This document shows positions 19,031-30,203 of a stretch of DNA of 64,000 nt, piece after piece. Source of the DNA: Atribacterota bacterium (lineage in GTDB: Bacteria; Atribacterota; Phoenicimicrobiia; Phoenicimicrobiales; Stramentimicrobiaceae). Positions within the stretch are counted from its first letter, which is position 1; every line of letters begins with the position of its first letter. Below the pieces are notes generated by a model that made no database searches, had not been told where the DNA came from, and saw only the letters and a list, made by a program, of their open reading frames with translations. Where the stretch lies: assembly GCA_040767965.1 (NCBI GenBank), contig JAXGNR010000004.1, positions 384,001 through 448,000 of the forward strand, read 5' to 3'. The position numbers were made by a program, and so were the translations under genes.

Positions 19031-20525
19031 AAATTTTGAAATAGCAAAGAATATCTATGATTCAAAATATTTTATCTGGGCAATCATTTTTACTGGTATA
19101 CTCATCCGCTTTCGACAATATCTGTTTAACCGTTCATTATGGATAGATGAGGCATCTTTGGCTTTGAATATCTTAAAATTAAATTATTCCGAACTTCTTG
19201 AACCCCTTCTACATAAGCAAGCAGCTCCGCCATTTTTTCTTTTAATTACTAAATTATTTACTGATATTGCAGGTTATAGCGAATATGTGCTCAGATTATT
19301 ACCTTTTTTTTGTGGAATAACATCAGTAATACTTTTCTATTATCTAGCTACACAGTTCCTGCAAAAAAAAGTAATACCCATAGCTGTTGGTTTATTATCT
19401 TTCTCCTATTATGCAATCTATTATTCTGCCGAGTTTAAGCAGTATTCTGTTGATTTGTTGTTTACTATATTAATCATCTTTTTTGCTTTCAAATTAGATG
19501 AATCACAATACCAGAAAAAATATTCGATGTATTTTGGTTTTATCGCTGTTTTATCAACATGGCTTTCCCATACCTCAGTATTTGTATTAGCAGGGGTTGG
19601 TTTTGCGTTATTATATAAGATAACGTTAGAAAAAAGAAAATATGAGAAAGCCAATATTAATATAATTCACCTAAAGGGATTAATAGTTATTGGCATCCTT
19701 TCTATTTCCAGCTTTTTCTTTCACTATTTTTTTATTATCAGGCCTGTTCCTAAGGAATATTTTTACGACTTCTGGGAAGATTCATTTGTTCCATTTCCAC
19801 CACTTGGATTATCCGAAATAAAATGGTACTTAATAAAAGGTATAAATGTTATGAAAAATCCTCTGGGGTTTACATTTCTCTATGGGATTGCTTTTGTTTT
19901 TCTTGTTATTGGAATCATCAGTTTTTTGAAAAGAAAAGACAAGCTAAATTTAAATTTATTATTATTCCCAATTGTTTTTTTATTGATTGCATCAATTTTT
20001 CATATCTATCCAATAAATAGCAGATTAATTCTTTTTATACTTCCTATCATGTACCTTTTTATGTCTGAAGGGATGTGTCAATTTATAAAATATTTTTACC
20101 CCAATAAAAGATTGGTTTCTATATTAATAATAATATTTTTATTAGTATACCCTGTGTCAAATGGATTTAGTTACTTAATCAGACCAATATTAAGGCAAGA
20201 AATAAAATCTGTTATTGAATATTGCTTAGATAATAAAGAAGAGAATGATAAGATATATATTTATTATGGAGCAAAAACAGCTTTTGAATATTATACTTGG
20301 GATAATAAGATTGACACATTAGAATCTGTTGGTTCCAATAAGGAAAAACCAGATGAGTATTTTAGGGACCTGGATAGATTGAGAGGAAAAGACAGGATAT
20401 GGTTTATTTTTTCTCATATAGTTAGAGACGAAGATAAATTATTCTTAACTTATTTAGATCATATTGCTACTCAATTAGACTCATTTGAAACAAAGGGCTC
20501 TGCGGTTTATCTATATAAATTATAA
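19017..20525 (+). CDS. GT-C fold glycosyltransferase (ArnT/PMT, GT39/83-like)
   Basis: SLWIDE after TM1, APPFF, EYVLRL, YSAEFKQY; multi-TM with a soluble C-terminus. Confidence 0.75.
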   Translation: MIKNKNFEIAKNIYDSKYFIWAIIFTGILIRFRQYLFNRSLWIDEASLALNILKLNYSELLEPLLHKQAAPPFFLLITKLFTDIAGYSEYVLRLLPFFCGITSVILFYYLATQFLQKKVIPIAVGLLSFSYYAIYYSAEFKQYSVDLLFTILIIFFAFKLDESQYQKKYSMYFGFIAVLSTWLSHTSVFVLAGVGFALLYKITLEKRKYEKANINIIHLKGLIVIGILSISSFFFHYFFIIRPVPKEYFYDFWEDSFVPFPPLGLSEIKWYLIKGINVMKNPLGFTFLYGIAFVFLVIGIISFLKRKDKLNLNLLLFPIVFLLIASIFHIYPINSRLILFILPIMYLFMSEGMCQFIKYFYPNKRLVSILIIIFLLVYPVSNGFSYLIRPILRQEIKSVIEYCLDNKEENDKIYIYYGAKTAFEYYTWDNKIDTLESVGSNKEKPDEYFRDLDRLRGKDRIWFIFSHIVRDEDKLFLTYLDHIATQLDSFETKGSAVYLYKL

Positions 20526-20598
20526 AAAATATATAGCCATTTGTCTGAAAAAAATAATTAAAATTTATTTAAAAAAGTAACATTATAAGAAAAGTAAA

Positions 20599-20826
20599 AT
20601 GAACAGAGATAAAAAATTAATTATTCATATTGGTGTGTCCAGAACTGCAACTACTAATTTACAAACAGGCCTTTTCCCCCAGCTGCATAATGATGGAGTG
20701 ATAAATTACCTGGGGAAGGCGGCAGATAATGTGTACTGTAAAATCAACAATGGGGATAATATCAAAAAAACTTTAATAAGATATAATTTTAAGTTAAGAA
20801 TATATATATGTGAAAGAGGTGAATAA
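20599..20826 (+). pseudogene. 5' stub of a sulfotransferase-like gene
   Basis: KLIIHIGVSRTATTNLQ resembles the IHIGxxKTGTTxLQ PAPS-binding loop; only 75 aa. Confidence 0.55.
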
Positions 20827-21763
20827 AATCAAAATTAAAAAAGTAAGTGTAATAATCCCAACATACAATAGGGCACATCTAATAGGCAGGGCAATTAACA
20901 GTGTATTGAATCAAACTCATCAGGGATTTGAATTGATTGTAGTGGATGATGGCTCGACAGATAATACAGAAGATGTCACTAAAGAATTTCAGCAAAAAGA
21001 TGAAAGAGTAATATATTTAAGGCACAAACAAAACAAAGGTGGTTCAGCAGCAAGGAATACTGGTATTAAAGCTTCCAAAGGAAAGTATATTGCATTTTTA
21101 GATTCAGACGATGAATGGCTACCAGAGAAATTAGAAAAGCAAATAAATATGTTTAACATAGTACCTGACAATATAGGGTTAATTTATTGTGGATATTACA
21201 AAATATTAGAAAAAAATGGGGAAATATTAAAAGAAATAATCCCTATTTACAAAGGTGATGCTTATATTAAAATGCTAAAAAGGTGCATCTTAGGTAGTCC
21301 TACTCCTCTTGTAAGGAAAAATTGTTTCGAAAGGGTAGGTTTATTTGATGAAAATCTTCCAAGTTGTCAGGATTGGGATATGTGGATTAGAGTAGCAAAA
21401 TATTATAATTTTGATTTCATAAAAGAATCTTTAGCGAAATATTATATACACGGTAACCAAATTTCAGCAAATTTGAATAATAAAATATTATCAAGAAAAA
21501 TAATACTTGAAAAATATCAAGAAGACCTATTAAAAAATTTCCAAATTATTAGTTTTCATTATAATAATTTAGGCTTGCTGTATTCTTTAAGTGGGAAATT
21601 AAGTGAAGCTAGAAAAAATTTTATCTATTCTATCAAGTATAATCCCTCTAAAAGAAGCAGTTATTTTCATTTGTTACTTTCTTTTTTGAGCCCTATTCTT
21701 CATAAGAAAATAATTCTCAAAAGAAGAGTTAAATATATCAATGGTATTACTATCTATAATTAA
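20810..21763 (+). CDS. GT2 glycosyltransferase
   Basis: VSVIIPTYNR, VDDGSTD, ARNTG, FLDSDD, QDWDMW. Confidence 0.9.
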   Translation: MKEVNKIKIKKVSVIIPTYNRAHLIGRAINSVLNQTHQGFELIVVDDGSTDNTEDVTKEFQQKDERVIYLRHKQNKGGSAARNTGIKASKGKYIAFLDSDDEWLPEKLEKQINMFNIVPDNIGLIYCGYYKILEKNGEILKEIIPIYKGDAYIKMLKRCILGSPTPLVRKNCFERVGLFDENLPSCQDWDMWIRVAKYYNFDFIKESLAKYYIHGNQISANLNNKILSRKIILEKYQEDLLKNFQIISFHYNNLGLLYSLSGKLSEARKNFIYSIKYNPSKRSSYFHLLLSFLSPILHKKIILKRRVKYINGITIYN

Positions 21764-22015
21764 ATAAACAGTTCGAAGTAGTTATTCTTAAGCTATTAAC
21801 ACCCCTAATAGTTTTAGTTGTTTTTATAGTGAAGATTCAATAATGAATGTATTTATAAAAAATATTTATTTTAAGGTAAAATGAATAAAATATAAGGCAT
21901 AAGTGATAATGTGATAATAATCGAAGAGATAAGTGTATTTTTAATATTATCCTAATAATAATTAGATACAAATACAGTTTAAAGATATTTAAAAAATAAT
22001 GATAGGAAGTGATAT

Positions 22016-22235
22016 TTGAGAAATTACTATATAGAAAAAAATTTTATGCAGGTTTAAACAGATCTAAAAAAAGAAAATATTTAGAATTAAGAGCTTTTTC
22101 AGCAAGACAAACGAGAATCCAGTAATTATTCTTGGAAATCAAAGATCCGGGACTGCTGTTATTGATACATTACTGCGAAGTGTATTAATAAAAACCTTGC
22201 ATTGGATATATAGTTATCCATTTGTTATGAAATAG
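22016..22235 (+). pseudogene. Second sulfotransferase 5' remnant
   Basis: From 22113 reads ENPVIILGNQRSGTAVI (GxxRSGT 5'-PSB loop); upstream frame broken. Confidence 0.5.
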
Positions 22236-22337
22236 ATGGTTTGATATTGCAGAAAATAATTTAAGGATTCTGTTAAAAACATGTGTAGGCATTGCCAAAT
22301 ATTAAAAATATATTATTTTATTATCAAGAGAAAATAA

Positions 22338-23450
22338 ATGAAAATATTACTATTAGCATCTGGAAAAGATATTCATAGTGTTAGATGGGCAAACCAGTTA
22401 AGCAAGAATGGGAATGTCGTACATTTATGCTATGTTTCCGATCATAAACCTTCTTTAGATAAATTTAATCCTAATATTTTTTTACATGAATTAAAATTTA
22501 AATCACCTTATGGTTATTATTTAAATGTCTCTCAATTAAAAAATATTATTAATTATGTTAAACCGGATATATTTAATGCGCATTACGCAAGTGGCTATGG
22601 CACTCTTGGCAGGATGTGTAATTTTTTTCCTTACATACTTTCTGTTTATGGTAGCGATGTATATGATTTTCCTTACAAGAGAAAAATAAATATGCAGATA
22701 ATCAAAAAAAACTTAAAATCTGCCAATGTGATAACTTCAACAAGCCATTCCATGGCAAATCAGGTAACAAGATTAATCGATATACCATTAGAAAAAATAT
22801 ATACTGTGCCATTCGGTGTAGATATAACAAAATTTAGAAAAAAAAATACTGAAAAAGAAAGCAATCAAATAGTTATAGGTAGTGTAAAAAAATTATCCCC
22901 AAAATATGGCATAAAATATGGTATATTAGCTGTTCGTCATCTGGTTAAAGAATTGCTAAGAGATAAAAAAGAGAAGACAAGAATAAGATATCTTATTTAT
23001 GGAGAAGGCAAGGAGAGGAATACGCTTAAAAAGCTTGTTGAGGAATGTAAATTACAGGATATAGTTGAATTTAAAGGAAGAATTCCCAATAATATGGTCC
23101 CAAATGCTCTTAATAATTTAGATATATTTTTAGGAACAAGTGTTTTGGATAGTGAAAGCTTTGGGGTTGCAATAGTCGAAGCAATGGCATGTGAAGTGCC
23201 TGTAATAGTAACAGATGTTGACGGTTTTAAAGAAGTGGTAGATGAAGGTGCTGCAGGAATTATTGTGCCAAGAAAAGATTATAAGGAGATGGGTAAACAG
23301 ATATTCAATATTATAAATAATCCAAAAAAACGTATTGAACTAGGCAGGATAGAAAGAATTCGTGTAATTAAGCATTATAATTGGATGGAAAATGTTAAAA
23401 AAATGGAGACTATTTATAATAAGGCCATTGAAATATTTCAGATAAAGTAA
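22338..23450 (+). CDS. GT4 glycosyltransferase
   Basis: IHSVRW, HYASGYG, VYGSDV, ESFGVAIVEAMA. Confidence 0.9.
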   Translation: MKILLLASGKDIHSVRWANQLSKNGNVVHLCYVSDHKPSLDKFNPNIFLHELKFKSPYGYYLNVSQLKNIINYVKPDIFNAHYASGYGTLGRMCNFFPYILSVYGSDVYDFPYKRKINMQIIKKNLKSANVITSTSHSMANQVTRLIDIPLEKIYTVPFGVDITKFRKKNTEKESNQIVIGSVKKLSPKYGIKYGILAVRHLVKELLRDKKEKTRIRYLIYGEGKERNTLKKLVEECKLQDIVEFKGRIPNNMVPNALNNLDIFLGTSVLDSESFGVAIVEAMACEVPVIVTDVDGFKEVVDEGAAGIIVPRKDYKEMGKQIFNIINNPKKRIELGRIERIRVIKHYNWMENVKKMETIYNKAIEIFQIK

Positions 23451-23512
23451 CCATATATTAGTTATTTTAAATTAATCTACGGTTATAATCTAGTTAAAGT
23501 TAAAGGTATGAA

Positions 23513-24679
23513 ATGAAAAAAATTGTGATGTACACTACTAATCAGTTGTTTGGCGAAAGAAGGACTGGTGGAGTAAAAAGATTTTTAGAGTTATACGAAG
23601 GGATGAAGAATAATGATATTGATATTGATTTATTTTGCGGTGATACCCAGGAGGTTTTAGTAAAAAATAATATAAAAGCATATTCTCTTCAGAATGTCAA
23701 AAAGGGTAAAAATGTTTTTATTCCAACAGAATTAAAAATATTTATTAAAAATATAAATAAGATTAGAAAAATAAAAAAAATGAAGTATGATGCAATTATT
23801 ATTTTTGATGTTCCTACAGCCATAGGATTAAGTTTAATAGGAATTAAAAAAATTCAATTATTTATTCGTCAAGATTTAATTGAGTATAAAAAAATTACCA
23901 TAAGCAATAGAATAAAAAACAAATTACTTGCAAGTATATATTTATTTTTTGTTATGTTATGTGAAACAGTTTGTCTTATTAAAGCAAATAGAATATTTTT
24001 ACAATGCAAATATGATTATTATGCTCTAATAAATAGACATAGGTTAATAAAAAATAATATAGAAAAAAAATCAATAATTCAAATTAATAATGTTAATCCT
24101 TCATGGATTATTAATAAATCAAATTATACTTTAAACGATAGGATTGCTATACTTTTTAAAAAAAGTGATTTTTTAATTGGATTTATAGGAAACTTTAATA
24201 GTGACAGGAAAGGGCATAAGATATTCCTTGATGCGATGAGAAAACTTTTAGATAAAAAACATAAACTCAAAGCAGTTGTAATTGGAGATGGTAGACAATT
24301 ATTAAAATACAAAGAAAAATATAAAGGGTATCCCGAAATAATTTTTACAGGGCACTTAGATAATCCAATGCCTGTAATAAAAAAATGTAATTTAATAATT
24401 GTACCATCAATAGCTGATTCTTGTCCAAATACAGTAATGGAGGCACTGTATAATAATGTACCAGTTATTGGTGCCCGATCTGGAGGTATACCAGAAATAC
24501 TTAAAAATGAAGAATGTCTATTTAATCCAAATTCTTTATCTATACAAAAAAAAATAGAATATTACATGGATAAAACTAACCTAAGGAAGTTGAAAGATCA
24601 ACTAAAGATTAGAAAAGAAGAATTAGAGTTCGACTGGCCTTTGGCAATTATAAAACAAATACAATTGACATACAAGTAA
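23513..24679 (+). CDS. GT4 glycosyltransferase
   Basis: TGGVKR, RKGH, DSCPNTVMEA, SGGIPE. Confidence 0.8.
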   Translation: MKKIVMYTTNQLFGERRTGGVKRFLELYEGMKNNDIDIDLFCGDTQEVLVKNNIKAYSLQNVKKGKNVFIPTELKIFIKNINKIRKIKKMKYDAIIIFDVPTAIGLSLIGIKKIQLFIRQDLIEYKKITISNRIKNKLLASIYLFFVMLCETVCLIKANRIFLQCKYDYYALINRHRLIKNNIEKKSIIQINNVNPSWIINKSNYTLNDRIAILFKKSDFLIGFIGNFNSDRKGHKIFLDAMRKLLDKKHKLKAVVIGDGRQLLKYKEKYKGYPEIIFTGHLDNPMPVIKKCNLIIVPSIADSCPNTVMEALYNNVPVIGARSGGIPEILKNEECLFNPNSLSIQKKIEYYMDKTNLRKLKDQLKIRKEELEFDWPLAIIKQIQLTYK

Positions 24680-24886
24680 TAAAATGTCTTATCTTTTATT
24701 GGGCAATTACTTGGAAATAAATTATAAAACTTAAAACCCTGAAACCAAGACTACTAGCATTAAATAATTAAATTCAAATAAAATACAAAATAATTGAATG
24801 AATTTGAGAATGACTACTAAAAATATACAAATTAACAGTATAATTAATGTAATAATGTTTCTTTATATACTAAATATTTATTTATT

Positions 24887-26278
24887 GAGTGTGTTCTATA
24901 TTTTATTTAAAAGTAGAATAAGTTAATTCAAATAATAACTTGAAATAGACCTCAAGAACACCATAATAATATAGATAAAACTCTAAAAAATTAAGGAGGA
25001 TAAATTCAAGATGACCCAATTAAATATATGTCTATTTTGCAAGCGGAATTAAATAAGGACGGAGATTTCCTAAAGGAAATGGTAAAAAGTATTATGCAAC
25101 AGCTAATGGAAGAAGAAAGAGATGCTCAGGTGGGAAGTATTGTCTCATAAAAGAGACAATGCCAAAAAAGGCCAATCGTAACGGCTATAAGCCCCGCTCT
25201 TTGAATACCAGAGTCGGTAATCTACTTTTGGCCAAACCCCAGATCAGAGAATTTGCCTTTCAGACTCAATTATTTGAAAACTACCAAGAAGCGAAAAGGC
25301 CTACTTGCCAGTATCTGCCAGATGGTTACCGATGGAGTCTCCTGCTTGGGTCAAAGATTGTCGCTAAACTATCACCGGATCTCATCTATTCCAAATCTAC
25401 AGTCAGCAGAATCACCCAGGAACTGGATCCCAGATAACAAAATGGCAACAAGCACAATTACAAGATTATTACCTCTATCTATTTACCGATGCCCTCTACT
25501 TTTTTATCCGGGTAAACCACCGGGTCATCTCCTGCCCGTTATTAATTACCATAGGTGTAGACAAGAACGGATACGGAAGGTTCTGGGTATTGATATCGCC
25601 CTTTGAGAGAAAGCTACCAAAGCTATCTACAATCACTTTAACCAAATCAAAGACAGGGGATTAAAATACGTAGATTTAACGATCTCCGATGACCATAAGG
25701 GACTCATCAAAGCTCAGCAGGAAGTATTCCCCAATACACCCCATCAGCGCTGTATCTGTCATTTTATGCGTAATGTCCTATCTTGTGTTCCCTATAAGGA
25801 AAAAGCAAAACTGGCCGATTATCTCAAGCAGATCTTTAATTCTCCCACCAGAACAGATGGCTGTTACTGTAGCTAAGATGATTGCCGAAAATACCAGACC
25901 AGTTATCATAAAGTAAGTGAAATGTTACAAGAGGAACTGGAATTTACTCTGACTTACCTTAACTACTCCAAACATCACCGTCGCAAGATTAGAACCGCAA
26001 TTTGGTGGAAGGGGTAATCAATAAAGACCTAAAACAACGCTCCAGGGTAGTTGGCATTTTCCCGAACCAGGAATCCTGCCTAAGATATGCCTCCTGAGAC
26101 TCATGGAGATTGATGAGGAATGGCAGACCGGTAGAAGGTATCTGAAGATAAATAAAGAGGATCAATTCCTACAAAGAGATGATCCTCTCTTAGAAGAAAT
26201 AAAACAAATGAAAGAAGGAGTCAAGGCTCAGGAGGAATTGGTGGCTACTTAATTTTACAGAAAAATTGGGATTGACTC
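24887..26278 (+). mobile_element. IS256-family insertion sequence, 1392 bp
   Basis: Imperfect IRs GAGTGTGTTCTATATTTT.../...AAAAATTGGGATTGACTC (18/28 matches); 8-bp TSD TATTTATT at 24879-24886 and 26279-26286. Confidence 0.9.
25011..26252 (+). pseudogene. IS256 transposase, multiply frameshifted
   Basis: RNGYKPRSLNTRVG; RGLKYVDLTISDDHKGL...FP...QRCICHFMRN; GIFPNQES. Confidence 0.88.
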
Positions 26279-26704
26279 TATTTATTATTCTACTGAGAAT
26301 ATCATAATCATATAAGTAATGCTATTAATTATATGATTATTGGATTAATTTACTTTTAAAAAAAATAAATTAATATTTAATTTTTATTTTGCTTGCATTC
26401 TTACTATTTATTATAACATGTAGAATATTTATTTTTTTGCTATAAACCAAAATATTGCACTGGTTAGAGCCAGGATTGTGATATTGTTATTTATATTGAT
26501 AATTTCTTTGATAAATTATTTGGATAAAAAAGAAAAAATAATATGTTTAATGAGATATTTTGAAAAGTCACAATTTGAATCAAACAGATACTTTTTTATT
26601 GACTTCAGATTTTGCTACAATTGCCGGTTTCGGGAATCAATTGTCTAATGCGAATACAGAAAATAGAAGATCTAAATTAGAAAAATATCAGCTGGAGCTT
26701 AAAA

Positions 26705-27610
26705 TTGATAAATATTTTTATCAAAATCTTAAGAAAACCAAAAATTATTGTTTTGTATCTTTTGTCAACCAAAATATCAAGAATCATTCCAGATATTATT
26801 TTTTTAAAAACCAAATTTAGACTAAGGATAGGTAAAACTCTAAACTTGTCAAATCCAAAAACTTTTAATGAGAAACTACAATGGCTGAAGTTATATGATA
26901 GAAATCCCGAATACATAGATTTGGTTGACAAATATAAAGTTCGTGATTATATTGCTAAAACAATTGGTGGTGAGTATCTTATACCTTTACTAGGAGTATA
27001 TAATAGCTTTGAAGAAATAAACTTTAATACACTACCTGATCAATTTGTACTAAAACCAACTCATACATCTGGAGATATATTTATTTGTAGAGACAATTCA
27101 GGAATAGACTATAATGATTTGAAGAAAAAAATTAATAAATGGTTGAAACGGGATTATTATTTTCTATCAAGAGAATGGTGCTATAAAAACATTAAACCAA
27201 GAATAATTTGTGAAAAATATCTTAAAAATGAAAGAAAACAAGTTCCTGATGATTATAAAGTCCTTTGTTTTAACGGTCAGCCAAAACTAATACAAATTCA
27301 TGTTAATAGATATAGTAAAGATTATTCTAAAGTTATTTATGACTTAGACTGGAATAAAACTACAATTTCAATAGGGACTTCAGATTTTAACTTAAATATA
27401 CCAAAACCAAAAAATTATAAATCAATGTTAGAATTTTCTAAAATATTAGCAAAAGATATTCCTTTTGCGCGAATAGATTTTTATGAAGAATATAATAAGT
27501 TATATTTTGGAGAAATCACTTTATACCCAGCGTCAGGATTTAATCCTCTTCAAAAACACGAAGACAATATTAAATTAGGTAGCTGGATTGAACTGCCTTT
27601 TGACAAATGA
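26705..27610 (+). CDS. TupA-like ATP-grasp amidoligase (second copy)
   Basis: NLSNPKTFNEKLQWLKLY, VDKYKVRDY, DYKVLCFNG, RIDFY, FGEITLYP. Confidence 0.88.
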   Translation: MINIFIKILRKPKIIVLYLLSTKISRIIPDIIFLKTKFRLRIGKTLNLSNPKTFNEKLQWLKLYDRNPEYIDLVDKYKVRDYIAKTIGGEYLIPLLGVYNSFEEINFNTLPDQFVLKPTHTSGDIFICRDNSGIDYNDLKKKINKWLKRDYYFLSREWCYKNIKPRIICEKYLKNERKQVPDDYKVLCFNGQPKLIQIHVNRYSKDYSKVIYDLDWNKTTISIGTSDFNLNIPKPKNYKSMLEFSKILAKDIPFARIDFYEEYNKLYFGEITLYPASGFNPLQKHEDNIKLGSWIELPFDK

Positions 27611-27632
27611 AATATTTAGAAAGGAACTTAGT

Positions 27633-28763
27633 GTGGAAATATTAATTGCTGGTGATTTAGTACCAACAAATTCAAATATGAATTTATTTAAAAATGCAGA
27701 TGTAAAAAATTTGCTTGGCAAGGAATTATTGTCTCTATGGAATTCTTCAGATGCAAGGATATTTAATTTGGAAGCGCCTTTAGTTGATACAGAAAGTCCA
27801 ATTGATAAATTTGGTCCGAATCTAATTATGCCTACTGAAACAATAAAAGGAATTAAAGGCCTAAACCCAACTTTAATTACACTGGCAAATAATCATATAC
27901 TTGATCAGATGGAACAAGGATTATTCTCTACACAGAGTATTCTAAATGAAGCAGGTATACCATTTATCGGAGCAGGCAAAAATCTACACGAAGCAAGCAA
28001 ACCATTTATAATAAAAAAAGATGGTTATAAAATAGGCATATATGCGTGTGCAGAAAATGAATTTTCAATTGCAACAGAAAAGAATGCCGGAGCAAATCCT
28101 TTTGATCCTCTGGAAAGCTTGGATCATATTAGTGAGTTAAAACAAAAAAGTGATTATGTTGTTGTTCTTTACCATGGGGGAAAAGAATACTACCGTTATC
28201 CTTCTCCCTATTTGCAGAAAGTATGTAGAAAAATGATAGATAAAGGTGCGAATATAGTTATATGTCAGCATAGTCACTGTATTGGATGTTTTGAGGAATA
28301 CAATAATGCAACAATTATTTATGGACAGGGAAATTTTATTTTCAATAAGCAAGATAATGAATTTTGGAATAATAGTTTAATAATAAGAATATATTTTAAT
28401 AAAAACATAAAAATTGAATATATTCCGATACTTGAAGAGAAGCCAGGAATACGGATGGCAAAAGAAAACGAATCAAAAGATATACTGTCTAAGTTTTATA
28501 ATCGTTCAAAAGAAATATTACAGGATGGTTTTATTGAAGAACAATATCAATTATTTGCAGAGAAAAATATTGATAATTATTTAAGAGCTTTTTCTGGAAA
28601 GAATAAGTGGCTTTCAAGAATTGATAGATTTATTTTAAAAGGATATCTCTTGAAAAGTAAATATAATAAAAAGAAATTGTTAGCTTTGCAAAATTTTATT
28701 GAATGTGAAGCACATAGAGAACTATTAAGTAAGGGGATAAATAATTATATAAATAGGAAATAA
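27633..28763 (+). CDS. CapA/PgsA-family metallophosphoesterase
   Basis: IAGD, NLEAP, LANNHILD, YHGGKE, HSHC, YGQGNF. Confidence 0.85.
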   Translation: MEILIAGDLVPTNSNMNLFKNADVKNLLGKELLSLWNSSDARIFNLEAPLVDTESPIDKFGPNLIMPTETIKGIKGLNPTLITLANNHILDQMEQGLFSTQSILNEAGIPFIGAGKNLHEASKPFIIKKDGYKIGIYACAENEFSIATEKNAGANPFDPLESLDHISELKQKSDYVVVLYHGGKEYYRYPSPYLQKVCRKMIDKGANIVICQHSHCIGCFEEYNNATIIYGQGNFIFNKQDNEFWNNSLIIRIYFNKNIKIEYIPILEEKPGIRMAKENESKDILSKFYNRSKEILQDGFIEEQYQLFAEKNIDNYLRAFSGKNKWLSRIDRFILKGYLLKSKYNKKKLLALQNFIECEAHRELLSKGINNYINRK

Positions 28764-28767
28764 AAAA

Positions 28768-29895
28768 ATGAAAATATTGCATGTTTCTTGCGGAGGTCTG
28801 GGCAATGGCGGTGTTCAAAATATCATTATGAATATCTGCCTTAATAATAAAGATATTTATTTTGATATAATATTATTTACCAGTGAAAAAAGATATTATG
28901 ATGATGAATTTAAGAGACTGGGAGGAAAGATATTTAGAATTCCTAATTATGAAGGAAAAAATAAATATAGAAAGAAAATAGATTTCTATATCAGGTTTTT
29001 TCGTATTTTTTTTGGAACTTATAAAATAATAAAGAATGAAGGATCATATGATGTTATACATTGTCATAATAATTTGGAGAGTGGTATTTGCAATCTTGTA
29101 GCCTATTTAACTGGAATAAAGATACGCATTTCACACTCTCATACCTCCAATAATAGATTTCAAAAAAGAAATATTATCACATATATTTATAAAAGATTTT
29201 TGCAAAGATTAGTTAATTGTTTTAGCAATGTTAAAATAGGTTGTTCCAAGAAGGCTTTTCTTAGTTTATTTGGAGATAAATATTTATATAAAGCCAATTC
29301 ATTAATTGTTCATAATGCTGTAGATTTATCAATATTTCACAGAACACAATCTAATGTAAAATTAAACACTGAAATCAATATTGTACATATTGGAAGATAC
29401 TCCGATAATAAGAATCAGATGTTTCTTATTGAGGTTTTCTCGTATTTATTAAAAGAGTGCCCTAAAAGTGTTCTTCAATTAATAGGCTTTGGAGAAGAAT
29501 ACAAAGGAAAGCTTCTTAAAAGAACAAATCATTTGCGTATAAAATCTAGGGTAAAATTTTTACCATCAGATTCGAATAAAATAGAAATCCTTGAAAATGC
29601 TGATTTATTTATTTTTCCCTCTATATCAGAAGGTTTCCCTATTGCGTTGCTTGAAGCCCAGGCTATGGAAGTACCTTGTTTGGTTTCAGATTCAATTCCC
29701 AAAGAAATAGATTGTGGATTATGTAAATTTTTGCCATTATCGGGGAAACATGAATTGTGGGTTAAAGAAGCAATCAGCATAATTAACCATAATTTCCCTT
29801 TACAATTGAATAAAGAAAAACTTATTTCTTTTAATATAAATAAGTATGCTGAAAAAATAAAAAAAGTATACGATGGCAGTAAATATAAAAAGTGA
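28768..29895 (+). CDS. GT4 glycosyltransferase (EpsF-like)
   Basis: GNGGVQ, RISHSH, HIGR...KNQ, EGFPIALLEAQ. Confidence 0.88.
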   Translation: MKILHVSCGGLGNGGVQNIIMNICLNNKDIYFDIILFTSEKRYYDDEFKRLGGKIFRIPNYEGKNKYRKKIDFYIRFFRIFFGTYKIIKNEGSYDVIHCHNNLESGICNLVAYLTGIKIRISHSHTSNNRFQKRNIITYIYKRFLQRLVNCFSNVKIGCSKKAFLSLFGDKYLYKANSLIVHNAVDLSIFHRTQSNVKLNTEINIVHIGRYSDNKNQMFLIEVFSYLLKECPKSVLQLIGFGEEYKGKLLKRTNHLRIKSRVKFLPSDSNKIEILENADLFIFPSISEGFPIALLEAQAMEVPCLVSDSIPKEIDCGLCKFLPLSGKHELWVKEAISIINHNFPLQLNKEKLISFNINKYAEKIKKVYDGSKYKK

Positions 29896-30203
29896 GATTT
29901 GTTTTGTACTAAAAAGACAAACATTGTTTGTAATAATTTAAATTCGTGGGAATGTGCAATAATTTTAAGAATTTAGAAATATATTTACTGTCTATTTTAG
30001 AAAGTAATAGGCAAAGATATTATGTCTTTATTAATGATATTGATTATGAAATCTACTTGTTCAAATATTAATAAGGTAAAAATAATTTTAGTAGATAATA
30101 ATCAATAAGTTTTGATGAGGATGTTAAAAAGAACTTTAAGTAAACAAAAAAATAACTAAAGCTATTTTTTAATAATCTATTTTAGAGGTTAGGTGTTTTT
30201 ATC

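Larger units (their letters stand above)
24810..26670 (+). pseudogene. Decayed membrane protein (O-antigen ligase/Wzy-like) interrupted by IS256
   Basis: ATG 24810 gives hydrophobic MFLYILNIYL; after the IS, broken hydrophobic frames FFAINQNIALVRARIVILLFILIISLINYLD and FLLTSDFATIAGFGNQLSNAN. Confidence 0.45.
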
